Below, in pieces: positions 11,301 to 21,584 of a DNA stretch of 64,000 nucleotides. A program made the translations under genes and the position numbers. Each line of letters opens with the position of its first letter. Position 1 is the first letter of the stretch. Origin of the DNA: Shigella phage ESh15; sequence record ON528725. One strand, written 5' to 3'. The notes under the pieces are model-generated. The model was given only the letters and a program-made list of their open reading frames with translations. It did not search any database and was not told the DNA's origin.

Positions 11301-11711
11301 CTACTTTTTCTTATGTTGGATATTCCAAGGCGGGTTGAACTTTTTGATAAAAAGTGGTTCTTCAAGGTCCATTGTTGCGATGGTCATTGAACCAAGTTCG
11401 TTGGTGACTGAAAGGTCAAAACATTGGCGGGCCCAGAATTCAACCTTTTTGCCTTGCATTAAGGCATCCAAAATCATAAGTGATTTTCTTGAATCTGAAG
11501 TCTGGTCTTTTCGATTTATGGCTGTTCGATAATAGTTAATGCGTTTCTTTAAATTCTTGGTTTTACCAATATACACAAGTTCGTCATCTATAGCAATAGC
11601 GTATATGACATTTTTCTTATTAGGGACATCAACTGTTTTAATTGTTGCATCTTCTAATAGCTCCAATTCTGTATATTTAATAAAGGAATATTCGGCGGCA
11701 ATATCTTTCAT
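11301..11711 (-). CDS. denA: endonuclease II (GIY-YIG)
   Basis: 136 aa; NVIYAIAIDDELVYIGKTKNLKKRINYYR GIY-YIG core; near-identical to recalled T4 EndoII. Confidence 0.9.
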   Translation of the reverse strand: MKDIAAEYSFIKYTELELLEDATIKTVDVPNKKNVIYAIAIDDELVYIGKTKNLKKRINYYRTAINRKDQTSDSRKSLMILDALMQGKKVEFWARQCFDLSVTNELGSMTIATMDLEEPLFIKKFNPPWNIQHKKK

Positions 11712-11719
11712 AATAAAGT

Positions 11720-11733
11720 GGGACCGAAGTCCC
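11720..11733 (-). other. UUCG-tetraloop hairpin abutting the denA translation start
   Basis: GGGAC-UUCG-GUCCC ends 8 nt upstream of the denA ATG in the 26-nt nrdB-denA spacer. Confidence 0.5.
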
Positions 11734-11737
11734 GTCC

Positions 11738-12916
11738 TTAGAAATATTTTTTGTATGAATTGATTACATTTTGGTCTACATCATTATCAATTTGTGCGAC
11801 AAGATAAGAACTGATTTCAACTTCCTGAGGAGCTGCTTGAACTAAATCAGAGTTCAGATATTCACGAATCCAAGGATACGGATGCTTGGTCGGAGCATCA
11901 GTGATTGGGCATGGCAAACCACACTGTTTCATACGAGACACAGTCAAGTAATCAACAAAAGCGCACATGCTCTGCGTATTGATACCAGGGCATGTACCGT
12001 CTTTAAAGAGGTGTGCAGCCCATTCCTTCTCTTGACTATTTACTTCCATAAAAATGTCAACTGCTTCTTGTTCACATTCTTTAGCAATTTGAACCCACTC
12101 ATCACCGTCAGTACCAGATTGAAGTTGACGGATAATGTACTGAGTACCCTTAAGGTGGAGTTGTTCGTCACGAGCAATGAACTTCATAATCTTTGCATTG
12201 CCTTCCATAATTTCCATGTTTTTATGGAAGTTAAAGGTACATGCGAAAGATACATAAAAACGAATAGCTTCCAAGGCGTTAATTACATGAAGGCAAAGAT
12301 AAAGAGATTTCATTAGCTCACGCTTCCAATATGTCTCATGCCCAATAGCATCTTCAATAACGTCTTCGTCTGCATTAATTTCTTTTTGGTATTCGATATC
12401 AGCTTTAGCGTTTTCCCAATAACGAGTTTTAACCAGAACATCATCGTAATATTTACCTATTGATTCAGCTCGTTTCATGATTGCTTCGTCTAATACAATC
12501 TCATCAAATACCTTAGATGGATCGGTATAAAGATTTCGCATAATATGAGTATATGAACGAGAGTGAATAGTTTCACTGAATGTCCATGTTGCAACCCATG
12601 TATCTAATGAAGGGTCGGAAATCAATGCCATAAGTACCGCAGATGGGGCCCTGCCTTGGATAGAATCTAATAATGATTGATACTTAAGGTTGTTTGTAAA
12701 GATGTCCTGTTGGAACTGAGGAAGCTTATTGAACTGCGCAGAGTCCAACATCAAGTTTACCTCTTCTGGGCGCCAGAAAAACGACAATTGCTTTTCAATA
12801 AGTTCTTCAAAAACTTTATGACGCTGAATATCATACCGTGCAAGACCAAGGCCGGAACCAAAGAACATCGGTTCGTTCAAAACATCGACTTGCTGTGTAT
12901 TAAAAACTGTACTCAT
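11738..12916 (-). CDS. nrdB: ribonucleotide reductase small subunit
   Basis: 392 aa, uninterrupted (no intron); di-iron/tyrosyl radical family, close to T4 NrdB. Confidence 0.95.
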   Translation of the reverse strand: MSTVFNTQQVDVLNEPMFFGSGLGLARYDIQRHKVFEELIEKQLSFFWRPEEVNLMLDSAQFNKLPQFQQDIFTNNLKYQSLLDSIQGRAPSAVLMALISDPSLDTWVATWTFSETIHSRSYTHIMRNLYTDPSKVFDEIVLDEAIMKRAESIGKYYDDVLVKTRYWENAKADIEYQKEINADEDVIEDAIGHETYWKRELMKSLYLCLHVINALEAIRFYVSFACTFNFHKNMEIMEGNAKIMKFIARDEQLHLKGTQYIIRQLQSGTDGDEWVQIAKECEQEAVDIFMEVNSQEKEWAAHLFKDGTCPGINTQSMCAFVDYLTVSRMKQCGLPCPITDAPTKHPYPWIREYLNSDLVQAAPQEVEISSYLVAQIDNDVDQNVINSYKKYF

Positions 12917-12970
12917 TATATTTTCTCACTTAGTTATAACTCATCCATGAGTAAATTATAATCAAAAGTC

Positions 12971-15226
12971 TTAAAGCTTACAAGCAGAGCAATCTTCGGC
13001 TTTAGGTGTTTCTAATTCGTAGTCATCTGTACCTGACCCATCACGAGTGTTATGATAGTAGAGATTTTTTCCGCCAAAGTACCAGAAGTAAAGCAGATCG
13101 TCAAGCATTACTGACATTGGCACTTTACCTTTCTCAAATACTGCAGGGTCATAGTAAGTATTAGCAGAAGCAGATTGGCACACCCATTTCAACATGATAG
13201 CAACTTGGGTCAAATAAGGTTTATTACCTTTCTTAGCAAGTTTCCACGCGTAGTCGTAAAGACTCATGTTATGTTCGATATTAGGAACAACCTGTCGGAA
13301 GTTGCCTTCTTTAGATTCTTTAATACTTACAGGTCCACGAGGTGGCTCTATACCGTTTGTGCTATTTGAGACTTGACTGCTTGATTCGCATGGCATGAGT
13401 GCAGACAACGTTGAGTTACGAATTCCATGTTCTTTGAGTTCAGCTCGAAGTTCTTCCCAGTCACAGACGTAGTTCGGGGCTGCGATTTGGTCAATCTTTT
13501 TATTGTACCAGTCGATAGGTAATTCGCCTCTAGACCATTTAGTGTCTGAATAATACTCACAAGGTCCTTTTTCTTTGGCGAGTTTGATTGAAGCTTTGAT
13601 AAGGCCATATTGCAATCTCTCAAACAATTCATGAGTCAAATCGTTAGCGTCTTCATATGAAGCAAAGTTAGAAGCTAACCATGCAGCATAGTTCGTCACA
13701 CCAACACCGAGATTTCGACGCTTTTTAGCTTTTAAAGCTTCTGGAACCGGATAATCTTGATAGTCTAACAGGTTATCAAGTGCACGTACTTGTACTTCAG
13801 CAAGTTCATTAATTTTATCTTGGTCTTGCCAATCAAATTTATCTAATACAAAAGCAGATAACGTGCATAAACCAATTTCAGCATCAGGACCATTCACATC
13901 ATTAGTTGGAATAGCGATTTCACAACATAAGTTACTCTGTCGAATTGGAGCTTTTTCACGAATAAACGGAGTGTAGTTATTCGTATTATCAACAAACTGT
14001 GGATAAATTCGAGCAGTACCAGAACGTTCAGTCATGAACAGTTCAAAGAGTTCTAGTGCTTTGATTCTTTTCTTTCTGATTGTTGGGTCTTTTTCAGCTT
14101 TCTCATAAAGTTCACGGAATTTATCTTGATCTTCAAAGAAAGAGTAATATAGTTCGCCTGACATTTCGTGAGGGCTAAATAAAGTAATATAATCATTTTT
14201 ACCAAGGCGTTCCATCATGAGGTCATTAATCTGAATTCCGTAGTCCATATGTCGAATACGGTTTTCATCCACACCTTTGTTATTTTTCAGAACCAACAGG
14301 TTCTCTACTTCTAAGTGCCACATCGGATAATACGCCGTAGCAGCACCACCACGAATACCACCTTGAGAACAAGATTTTACTGCAGTTTGGAAATGTTTCC
14401 AGAATGGAATAACACCAGTATGACGAACTTCACCCATACCAATCTTAGAACCTTCTGCACGAAGCATACCAACGTTGATACCGATACCAGCTCGTTTAGA
14501 AATATATTCAATAATTGATGCTGAAGTTTTGTTAATAGATTTTAACGAATCACCGGCTTCAATAACTACACAACTAGAGAACTGGCGAGTTGGAGTACGA
14601 GCACCTGCCATAATTGGGGTAGGCAATGAAACTTGATGAGTAGAAACAGCATCATAAAAACGAATAATATGTTTCAAACGGTCATGAGTTTCGTCTTGAT
14701 GTAAGGCCATACCAATAGCCATGATAGCAAACTGTGGAGTTTCATAAATCTTCCCAGTTGTTTTATCTTTAACCAGGTATTTTTCTTTAAGCTGCATAGC
14801 ACCAGCATAAGTCAGGTCAAAATCTCGTTCATGTTTAATTTGAGAATCGAGATAAATGATTTCTTCTGCAGAATATCTAGACAATAACTCAGGGTCGTAT
14901 TTGCCTTCATTAACACAATATGAGATATGGTCGATAAAAGCAGGAGGTTCAAACTGTCCATATACGTCTTTACGAAGCGCAAACATTAATCCTTTAGCGG
15001 CAACATATTGATAATCAGGTTCTTCGACAGAAATCGAGTTAGCTGCAACTTTAATACAAATCTTCTGGATATCTTTGGTGCTCATCCCATCAACCAGATG
15101 AGTCTTAATTTCTTCATACAATTCGTATGGGTCAATTTGTGTTCCTTCACATTGCCAAGTTAATACTTGAATAATTTTCTGTGCATCAAAATTTTGGGAT
15201 ACCCCACTGCTCTTAGTTACTTGCAT
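12971..15226 (-). CDS. nrdA: ribonucleotide reductase large subunit
   Basis: 751 aa class Ia RNR alpha; active-site region NLCCEI and C-terminal Cys pair. Confidence 0.95.
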   Translation of the reverse strand: MQVTKSSGVSQNFDAQKIIQVLTWQCEGTQIDPYELYEEIKTHLVDGMSTKDIQKICIKVAANSISVEEPDYQYVAAKGLMFALRKDVYGQFEPPAFIDHISYCVNEGKYDPELLSRYSAEEIIYLDSQIKHERDFDLTYAGAMQLKEKYLVKDKTTGKIYETPQFAIMAIGMALHQDETHDRLKHIIRFYDAVSTHQVSLPTPIMAGARTPTRQFSSCVVIEAGDSLKSINKTSASIIEYISKRAGIGINVGMLRAEGSKIGMGEVRHTGVIPFWKHFQTAVKSCSQGGIRGGAATAYYPMWHLEVENLLVLKNNKGVDENRIRHMDYGIQINDLMMERLGKNDYITLFSPHEMSGELYYSFFEDQDKFRELYEKAEKDPTIRKKRIKALELFELFMTERSGTARIYPQFVDNTNNYTPFIREKAPIRQSNLCCEIAIPTNDVNGPDAEIGLCTLSAFVLDKFDWQDQDKINELAEVQVRALDNLLDYQDYPVPEALKAKKRRNLGVGVTNYAAWLASNFASYEDANDLTHELFERLQYGLIKASIKLAKEKGPCEYYSDTKWSRGELPIDWYNKKIDQIAAPNYVCDWEELRAELKEHGIRNSTLSALMPCESSSQVSNSTNGIEPPRGPVSIKESKEGNFRQVVPNIEHNMSLYDYAWKLAKKGNKPYLTQVAIMLKWVCQSASANTYYDPAVFEKGKVPMSVMLDDLLYFWYFGGKNLYYHNTRDGSGTDDYELETPKAEDCSACKL

Positions 15227-15261
15227 ATATTCCTCAGTATAGGTTGATAGACATTACTCCA

Positions 15262-15284
15262 AACGGGATAGTATTTATCCCGTT
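15262..15284 (-). other. perfect 9-bp inverted repeat hairpin upstream of nrdA
   Basis: AACGGGATA-gtatt-TATCCCGTT between nrdA.1-position ORF and nrdA start. Confidence 0.4.
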
Positions 15285-15313
15285 AATTTATTATATACTT
15301 TTAAACTGAAGCG

Positions 15314-15568
15314 TTAATTATTCTCAGCAATAATTTCTTTATATTCTTTAGGAGTCAAGACCGTGATATCGAAATAAACCAACGGTTCTTTTTCTATACC
15401 ATAACCACCACAAAATTCACGATATTCATAAATTCGTTCATGTGAATGGCAAATGAATCGTTCACCTTTAACTGTGATTTCACTATTTGGTGAAGGGATA
15501 TCCAGTTCACTTGGATTTTTCATTTCAAAAATTGTGGTGCCATATGAATTAATAAAACGTAAAATCAT
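15314..15568 (-). CDS. hypothetical protein (84 aa, nrdA.1 position)
   Basis: Track ORF between td and nrdA. Confidence 0.45.
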   Translation of the reverse strand: MILRFINSYGTTIFEMKNPSELDIPSPNSEITVKGERFICHSHERIYEYREFCGGYGIEKEPLVYFDITVLTPKEYKEIIAENN

Positions 15569-15569
15569 T

Positions 15570-17265
<1,696 letters not shown>

Positions 17266-17275
17266 TTTATTCTCC

Positions 17276-17344
17276 TTAACAAGCTTTAATCAAAAGATAT
17301 AAACAAACTAACATAACCACTGCCATAATATAAGGTGCTAACAT
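17276..17344 (-). CDS. 22-aa hydrophobic micro-ORF (MLAPYIMAVVMLVCLYLLIKAC)
   Basis: Hand-translated; RBS GAGGAAA; stop lies inside the RBS of the frd.1-position gene; downstream of a promoter cassette. Confidence 0.25.
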   Translation of the reverse strand: MLAPYIMAVVMLVCLYLLIKAC

Positions 17345-17405
17345 TTTGATTTCCTCTCATTTGTTTTGATAGGACTACTATAACATAGCCCTATCTTGTT
17401 GTATA

Positions 17406-17795
17406 CTACTTTTTAAAAGTTTTTTGCAAAAGTTCGATGATTTCGTCGACGTTAGTTTCATCTACTACACAATGAATTTTTGTTACACCTAAAACTATGC
17501 CTTCGTTAACCGGTTGAGGCTTTTCTAAAGTTACCTCGTTGAAGTATTTGAATTCTTCAGGGTAAAGTTCAAAATATGTCTCTTCCGGACCACCAGCAGA
17601 ACATTCTGTGCCATCTTCCATGGTTACACATACTACGTTTAGGCATCCATCATAATCATGTTCCATTCCATTTACAACAAAACTTGGACCATGCTTCTCA
17701 AGCAAATCTAGCATAAAGCCGTTATTGTACGGGGCCTCTTCGATGAATTCATCTTTAAATAAAGGGTTAAAGATATAAGTTTTTCCGATTTCCAT
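17406..17795 (-). CDS. hypothetical protein (129 aa), paralogue of next ORF
   Basis: Shares M(E/K)IGKTYI.NP, LHGPSFVV, YFELY..EFK.F blocks with 17825-18187. Confidence 0.5.
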   Translation of the reverse strand: MEIGKTYIFNPLFKDEFIEEAPYNNGFMLDLLEKHGPSFVVNGMEHDYDGCLNVVCVTMEDGTECSAGGPEETYFELYPEEFKYFNEVTLEKPQPVNEGIVLGVTKIHCVVDETNVDEIIELLQKTFKK

Positions 17796-17824
17796 TTTGA
17801 TTTCCTCGTTTGTTGATTAATAAA

Positions 17825-18187
17825 TTATTTTATTCCAAAAATTTCTTTAATTTCTGCAATCACATCTCGAGCATTTTCTACAGTAACTTCAAAGATGAGT
17901 GACTGTTTAGAAATAGACTCTGGAGATACCTCGATGAAGTGTTTGAACTCATCATCGTAAAGCTCAAAATATGAACCTGGAGGACCATCAAAACCAAATT
18001 CAGTACCGTCTTGCATAGTTACGCTGGTTACGCATTTATCATCATCGTACTCAGTGTTCATGTCCTTTACAACAAAACTAGGACCATGGAGCTCAATCAA
18101 ATCCAACATATCAGCATTTTGTGGGCATTCATTGGCAAATGCAGCTTTACATTCTGGATTGATGATGTACGTTTTTCCAATTTTCAT
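17825..18187 (-). CDS. hypothetical protein (120 aa), paralogue of previous ORF
   Basis: Tandem duplicate, each copy with its own promoter cassette. Confidence 0.5.
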   Translation of the reverse strand: MKIGKTYIINPECKAAFANECPQNADMLDLIELHGPSFVVKDMNTEYDDDKCVTSVTMQDGTEFGFDGPPGSYFELYDDEFKHFIEVSPESISKQSLIFEVTVENARDVIAEIKEIFGIK

Positions 18188-18217
18188 TTCGATTTCCTCA
18201 TTTGTTTTGATAGGTCT

Positions 18218-18246
18218 ATAGTATCATATCTCAAGGAGAAGTAAAC
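18218..18246 (-). promoter_or_regulatory. early promoter for the frd.3-position paralogue
   Basis: Plus-strand atagta at 18218-18223 and gtaaac at 18241-18246. Confidence 0.45.
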
Positions 18247-18269
18247 AACTTTTTCGGTAATTTACAGAT

Positions 18270-18295
18270 ACTCAAAAGGGAGACCGAAGTCTCCC
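18270..18295 (-). terminator. intrinsic terminator downstream of gene 32
   Basis: GGGAGAC-UUCG-GUCUCCC hairpin followed by UUUUGAG on the minus-strand transcript. Confidence 0.7.
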
Positions 18296-18301
18296 GATTT
18301 A

Positions 18302-19204
18302 TTATAGACCGGCTAACAGGTCATCGAGGTCACCATCATCAGAGGATGAGGTAGAGCTCATGAAGTCATCTTCAGTTTTTGCAGAGCTAAAGGCTTCCAT
18401 GTCTTTATCAAAATCGTCAAGGTCAGAAGCAACTTTATCTGCAACAGAAGCTGCTGCGGCTGCTGCACCACCAAGAGCGGCAGTACCAAGAACCTTAGCG
18501 AAAGATTCATTTAATTTTTCAAAGGATTTGAACTGGTCTTTAGCCGTCAAAGTAGTAAGGTCTACCATCTGGTCATATAGTTCTTTCTGGAATGCTTCGT
18601 CATTAATACGAGGAATTTCAGATTGACCCAAGAATTTAGATTCGTCATAGTTGCTAAAACCGGAAACCTGCTTAGCTTTCAGAACGAAGTTAGCACCTTC
18701 AAACGGACAAGTAACATCAACTGGAGTTTCACCCATTTCGGTATCAACTGCAATCATTGCATTGATTTTGTCCCAAATCTTTTTACCGAAACGATATTTA
18801 AATACTTTACCTTCGTTATCTGGAGCTTGAGGGTCTTTAACAACCAGAATATTAGCCCAATAAGAAGTTTTACGTTTCAGTTGAGAATATTCAGTTTTGT
18901 TTGTATTGTACAGGTCATTTTTACTAATGTACTGACATACAGGACAAGAGTCGTAATCACCATGTGTAGAAGAGCAATTTTCAATATACCATTTACCATT
19001 TTTCTTGAAACCGTGGTTAACAAGAATTGCAAATGGTAGTGCATCATCAGTTTTTGCTGGCAAGAAACGAATTACCGCTTGACCATTACCTGATGCATCT
19101 AGCTTCAGCTTCCATTCGCCTTTATCTTCTGAAGAGAAACCTTTGTTACCGTTCAGTTTAGCCATTTGAGCAGCGAGGTCAGCAGTAGATTTACGTTTAA
19201 ACAT
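18302..19204 (-). CDS. 32: single-stranded DNA-binding protein gp32
   Basis: 300 aa; near-identical to recalled T4 gp32 including acidic C-terminal tail. Confidence 0.95.
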   Translation of the reverse strand: MFKRKSTADLAAQMAKLNGNKGFSSEDKGEWKLKLDASGNGQAVIRFLPAKTDDALPFAILVNHGFKKNGKWYIENCSSTHGDYDSCPVCQYISKNDLYNTNKTEYSQLKRKTSYWANILVVKDPQAPDNEGKVFKYRFGKKIWDKINAMIAVDTEMGETPVDVTCPFEGANFVLKAKQVSGFSNYDESKFLGQSEIPRINDEAFQKELYDQMVDLTTLTAKDQFKSFEKLNESFAKVLGTAALGGAAAAAASVADKVASDLDDFDKDMEAFSSAKTEDDFMSSTSSSDDGDLDDLLAGL

Positions 19205-19270
19205 TATATTTACCTTTATTTAGATTATTTAATTTATTTACAGTTGGTTGCTACGACACTTATACCTCGT
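19205..19270 (-). promoter_or_regulatory. gene 32 5' leader / probable translational operator
   Basis: Long A/U-rich leader with UUAAA-type repeats immediately upstream of the gene 32 ATG, as in T4 autoregulation. Confidence 0.5.
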
Positions 19271-19273
19271 AGC

Positions 19274-19281
19274 TGGTATGA
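19274..19281 (-). promoter_or_regulatory. late promoter TATAAATA upstream of gene 32
   Basis: Exact TATAAATA on minus strand about 70 nt upstream of the gene 32 start. Confidence 0.5.
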
Positions 19282-19320
19282 TTTATTTATAAAGTAATTT
19301 TAACACACAAGAAATAAAGC

Positions 19321-19974
19321 TTAATACTTACATGATTTGATTGTTTCTATGAACAATTTCTTAGCAGCATTTCCATCGATTTGAAGTATTTTTCGATATG
19401 CCTTTAATTTGGTAGAATAATTTTGCCAGACTAAATTGTCAGTAAGTTCGTCATGCTTATCTATAATATTCAAGAATGAATCCAACAACAAGAAGGTTTC
19501 AAATGAAATTATATTGCTTTGTAGCAATTTAAATATGTAGCTCGACTGAACTTTATTATTATAATCAAATATCTCTTGAAGCGCACTAACTTCCACTTTC
19601 TTACTAAAATAGTAGATGTTACGTACATCTTCAGCAAACGTCTCCTTGGCTTGTTTGAGACGTCCAATATATTCCCTATAGAAAACTAATGCATCAGCGT
19701 CTGATATCTCACCAATCCATGCATCTTGGTTAGCAACTAAGTTGCTTATGAATATTAAGGTGAGTTCCTTTAACTTATATTTCTCTGCTAGTTTCTCAAA
19801 GAAATATTTATCTCGGCGTTTTTGATACGCATTATCCGAAACACGCATGCACCAGTTATATTTGATTACGTCATACCGACCATTAAAATGTTGTTTGCAC
19901 ATCAAGTATAGTTTGTATACCGATTTTCCGTTAATATAACGTTCTCCATCAGGAGGCATGCGTATTTTAATCAT
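19321..19974 (-). CDS. 59: helicase loader gp59
   Basis: 217 aa; close to recalled T4 gp59. Confidence 0.92.
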   Translation of the reverse strand: MIKIRMPPDGERYINGKSVYKLYLMCKQHFNGRYDVIKYNWCMRVSDNAYQKRRDKYFFEKLAEKYKLKELTLIFISNLVANQDAWIGEISDADALVFYREYIGRLKQAKETFAEDVRNIYYFSKKVEVSALQEIFDYNNKVQSSYIFKLLQSNIISFETFLLLDSFLNIIDKHDELTDNLVWQNYSTKLKAYRKILQIDGNAAKKLFIETIKSCKY

Positions 19975-20309
19975 AATAAGAAATCTAACGTATTAGTTTT
20001 TTCACCACGAGCAACTGATGGGCGAAGCATGTTTTCGTCAATTGCTTCACTTGTAATTTTTTCAACAATTCCTGTAGGAATAAATTTAGCGAATTGTGTT
20101 TCTGGAATAGAATTTTCTTCCAAGAAAGCAGTTGTTGCTTCTAAATAAGACATACCAAATTGTTCAACCATGGATTCGATAATGAACCCGTTTTCTTGAC
20201 GGTCAAGCAATTTAGCGATATCATCTTTATCATGTTTTACTGCTAATTCTTGTTCAGATAAACCGGCCTCATCAACCGGTTTAATATCACTTAGTGAAAA
20301 CTGTGTCAT
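19971..20309 (-). CDS. 33: late transcription co-activator gp33
   Basis: 112 aa; close to recalled T4 gp33; overlaps gene 59 start. Confidence 0.9.
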   Translation of the reverse strand: MTQFSLSDIKPVDEAGLSEQELAVKHDKDDIAKLLDRQENGFIIESMVEQFGMSYLEATTAFLEENSIPETQFAKFIPTGIVEKITSEAIDENMLRPSVARGEKTNTLDFLL

Positions 20310-20556
20310 AAAGCTCGACTACCTCTTCGTTTTCAGCTTCAAATTGGTCACGAGCATCTTTATGATAAAGAGCTAACAAACGATTAAACATTTTTCCATC
20401 AACGCCAAGCTCTTCTTTAGCACGAGTACGAATGTCTTTAATCAGTTCATTATAACCAGAAATTTTAAGTTTGTTATCGGAAGCTTCCTTGACTAGTTTA
20501 GCCAGTTCTTCACCATGCACATCTTGATTAAATTCAACTGCTTCTTTCTTAGCCAT
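20287..20556 (-). CDS. dsbA: dsDNA-binding protein DsbA
   Basis: Start placed at MAKKEAVEF (89 aa) as in T4 DsbA. Confidence 0.85.
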   Translation of the reverse strand: MAKKEAVEFNQDVHGEELAKLVKEASDNKLKISGYNELIKDIRTRAKEELGVDGKMFNRLLALYHKDARDQFEAENEEVVELYDTVFTK

Positions 20557-20563
20557 GTTTACC

Positions 20564-21481
20564 TCAGAATTCATTAATTACACTTGTTAATTTAGAAAGA
20601 CCAGATTTTACAAAGTATGAATAAATCTTGCCTTTAGGTTGTTGTTTATATGAGTTATAATACTCTATAATGGTTGAAGCAATATTATCAGGGATATAAT
20701 CAAAATCAATGAGAACCAAATTTTCTTGGTACCGTTTATATTCTTCTGCACTTAATAATACTTTAGCTTGAGAACGGTCATTAGCAATTGCTTCAATAAT
20801 CGTTGTTTTCATGCTCGGAGTTCGTTCACCTTCAACTCGAGTAAACCAGAAATCACCACGAACTCGAACAGACGCAACACCATCCTTACGGTCGCCTTTA
20901 AGAATTTTAGTCATGCAATCAATTTCAGCAGAACCGTTCTTAATTTTAACCCATTTTTTCTGTGGTGGCGACCACTGTTTAACGTTAGGATATTTGTGTA
21001 ATTGTGTAAAGTCACCATCTGATGCAACAATACATACCTTATGACCAGCTAATGACAAATATTTAGTTAATACACCAATATGGTCATCCGCTTCATACTT
21101 GTCAATATCCATTACAACGTATGGCATGTATTTCTTAATCTCATCAACAACTTGATGGAGTGCAGTAAAATATCCTTCCCAATCCCACTTTGAAGCTTCA
21201 CGATCGGTTTTACGATTTTTCTTATAATAGTAAGCAAAGTCACGTCGCCAATAACCTGAAGTAGCATTATCCATACACAATACAAATTTTGTATAGCCTT
21301 GCTTACGGAACATCACTACGTTTTTACGAATTGAATTCAAGATTACATGCCGAACCATTGGAACAGTAATTTTATCGCCGTCTTCAAAGTTGTTTAATGC
21401 GGCGGCCAATGCAATGTTACTAAAGTCGGCAAGTGCAATACCTTCTTTGTAATCTTCATCCAACATCATTTCTAAATCCAT
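20564..21481 (-). CDS. rnh: RNase H (5'-3' flap endonuclease)
   Basis: 305 aa; FEN-family acidic motifs; close to recalled T4 RNase H. Confidence 0.92.
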   Translation of the reverse strand: MDLEMMLDEDYKEGIALADFSNIALAAALNNFEDGDKITVPMVRHVILNSIRKNVVMFRKQGYTKFVLCMDNATSGYWRRDFAYYYKKNRKTDREASKWDWEGYFTALHQVVDEIKKYMPYVVMDIDKYEADDHIGVLTKYLSLAGHKVCIVASDGDFTQLHKYPNVKQWSPPQKKWVKIKNGSAEIDCMTKILKGDRKDGVASVRVRGDFWFTRVEGERTPSMKTTIIEAIANDRSQAKVLLSAEEYKRYQENLVLIDFDYIPDNIASTIIEYYNSYKQQPKGKIYSYFVKSGLSKLTSVINEF

Positions 21482-21546
21482 ATGAACCTCTTGTTCAGTT
21501 AGTCAACTTGACTATAGTAACACACTCATTTGAAAGCGTAAACTGG

Positions 21547-21554
21547 TATAAATA
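21547..21554 (+). promoter_or_regulatory. late promoter TATAAATA for gene 34
   Basis: Exact TATAAATA about 30 nt upstream of the gene 34 ATG in the divergent rnh/34 intergenic region. Confidence 0.7.
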
Positions 21555-21584
21555 AGTATTATTGAAACAATAAAGGAAAAACGA

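Noticed and set aside
11882-12316. 144-aa plus-strand ORF
   Set aside because: Antisense to nrdB; shadow ORF.
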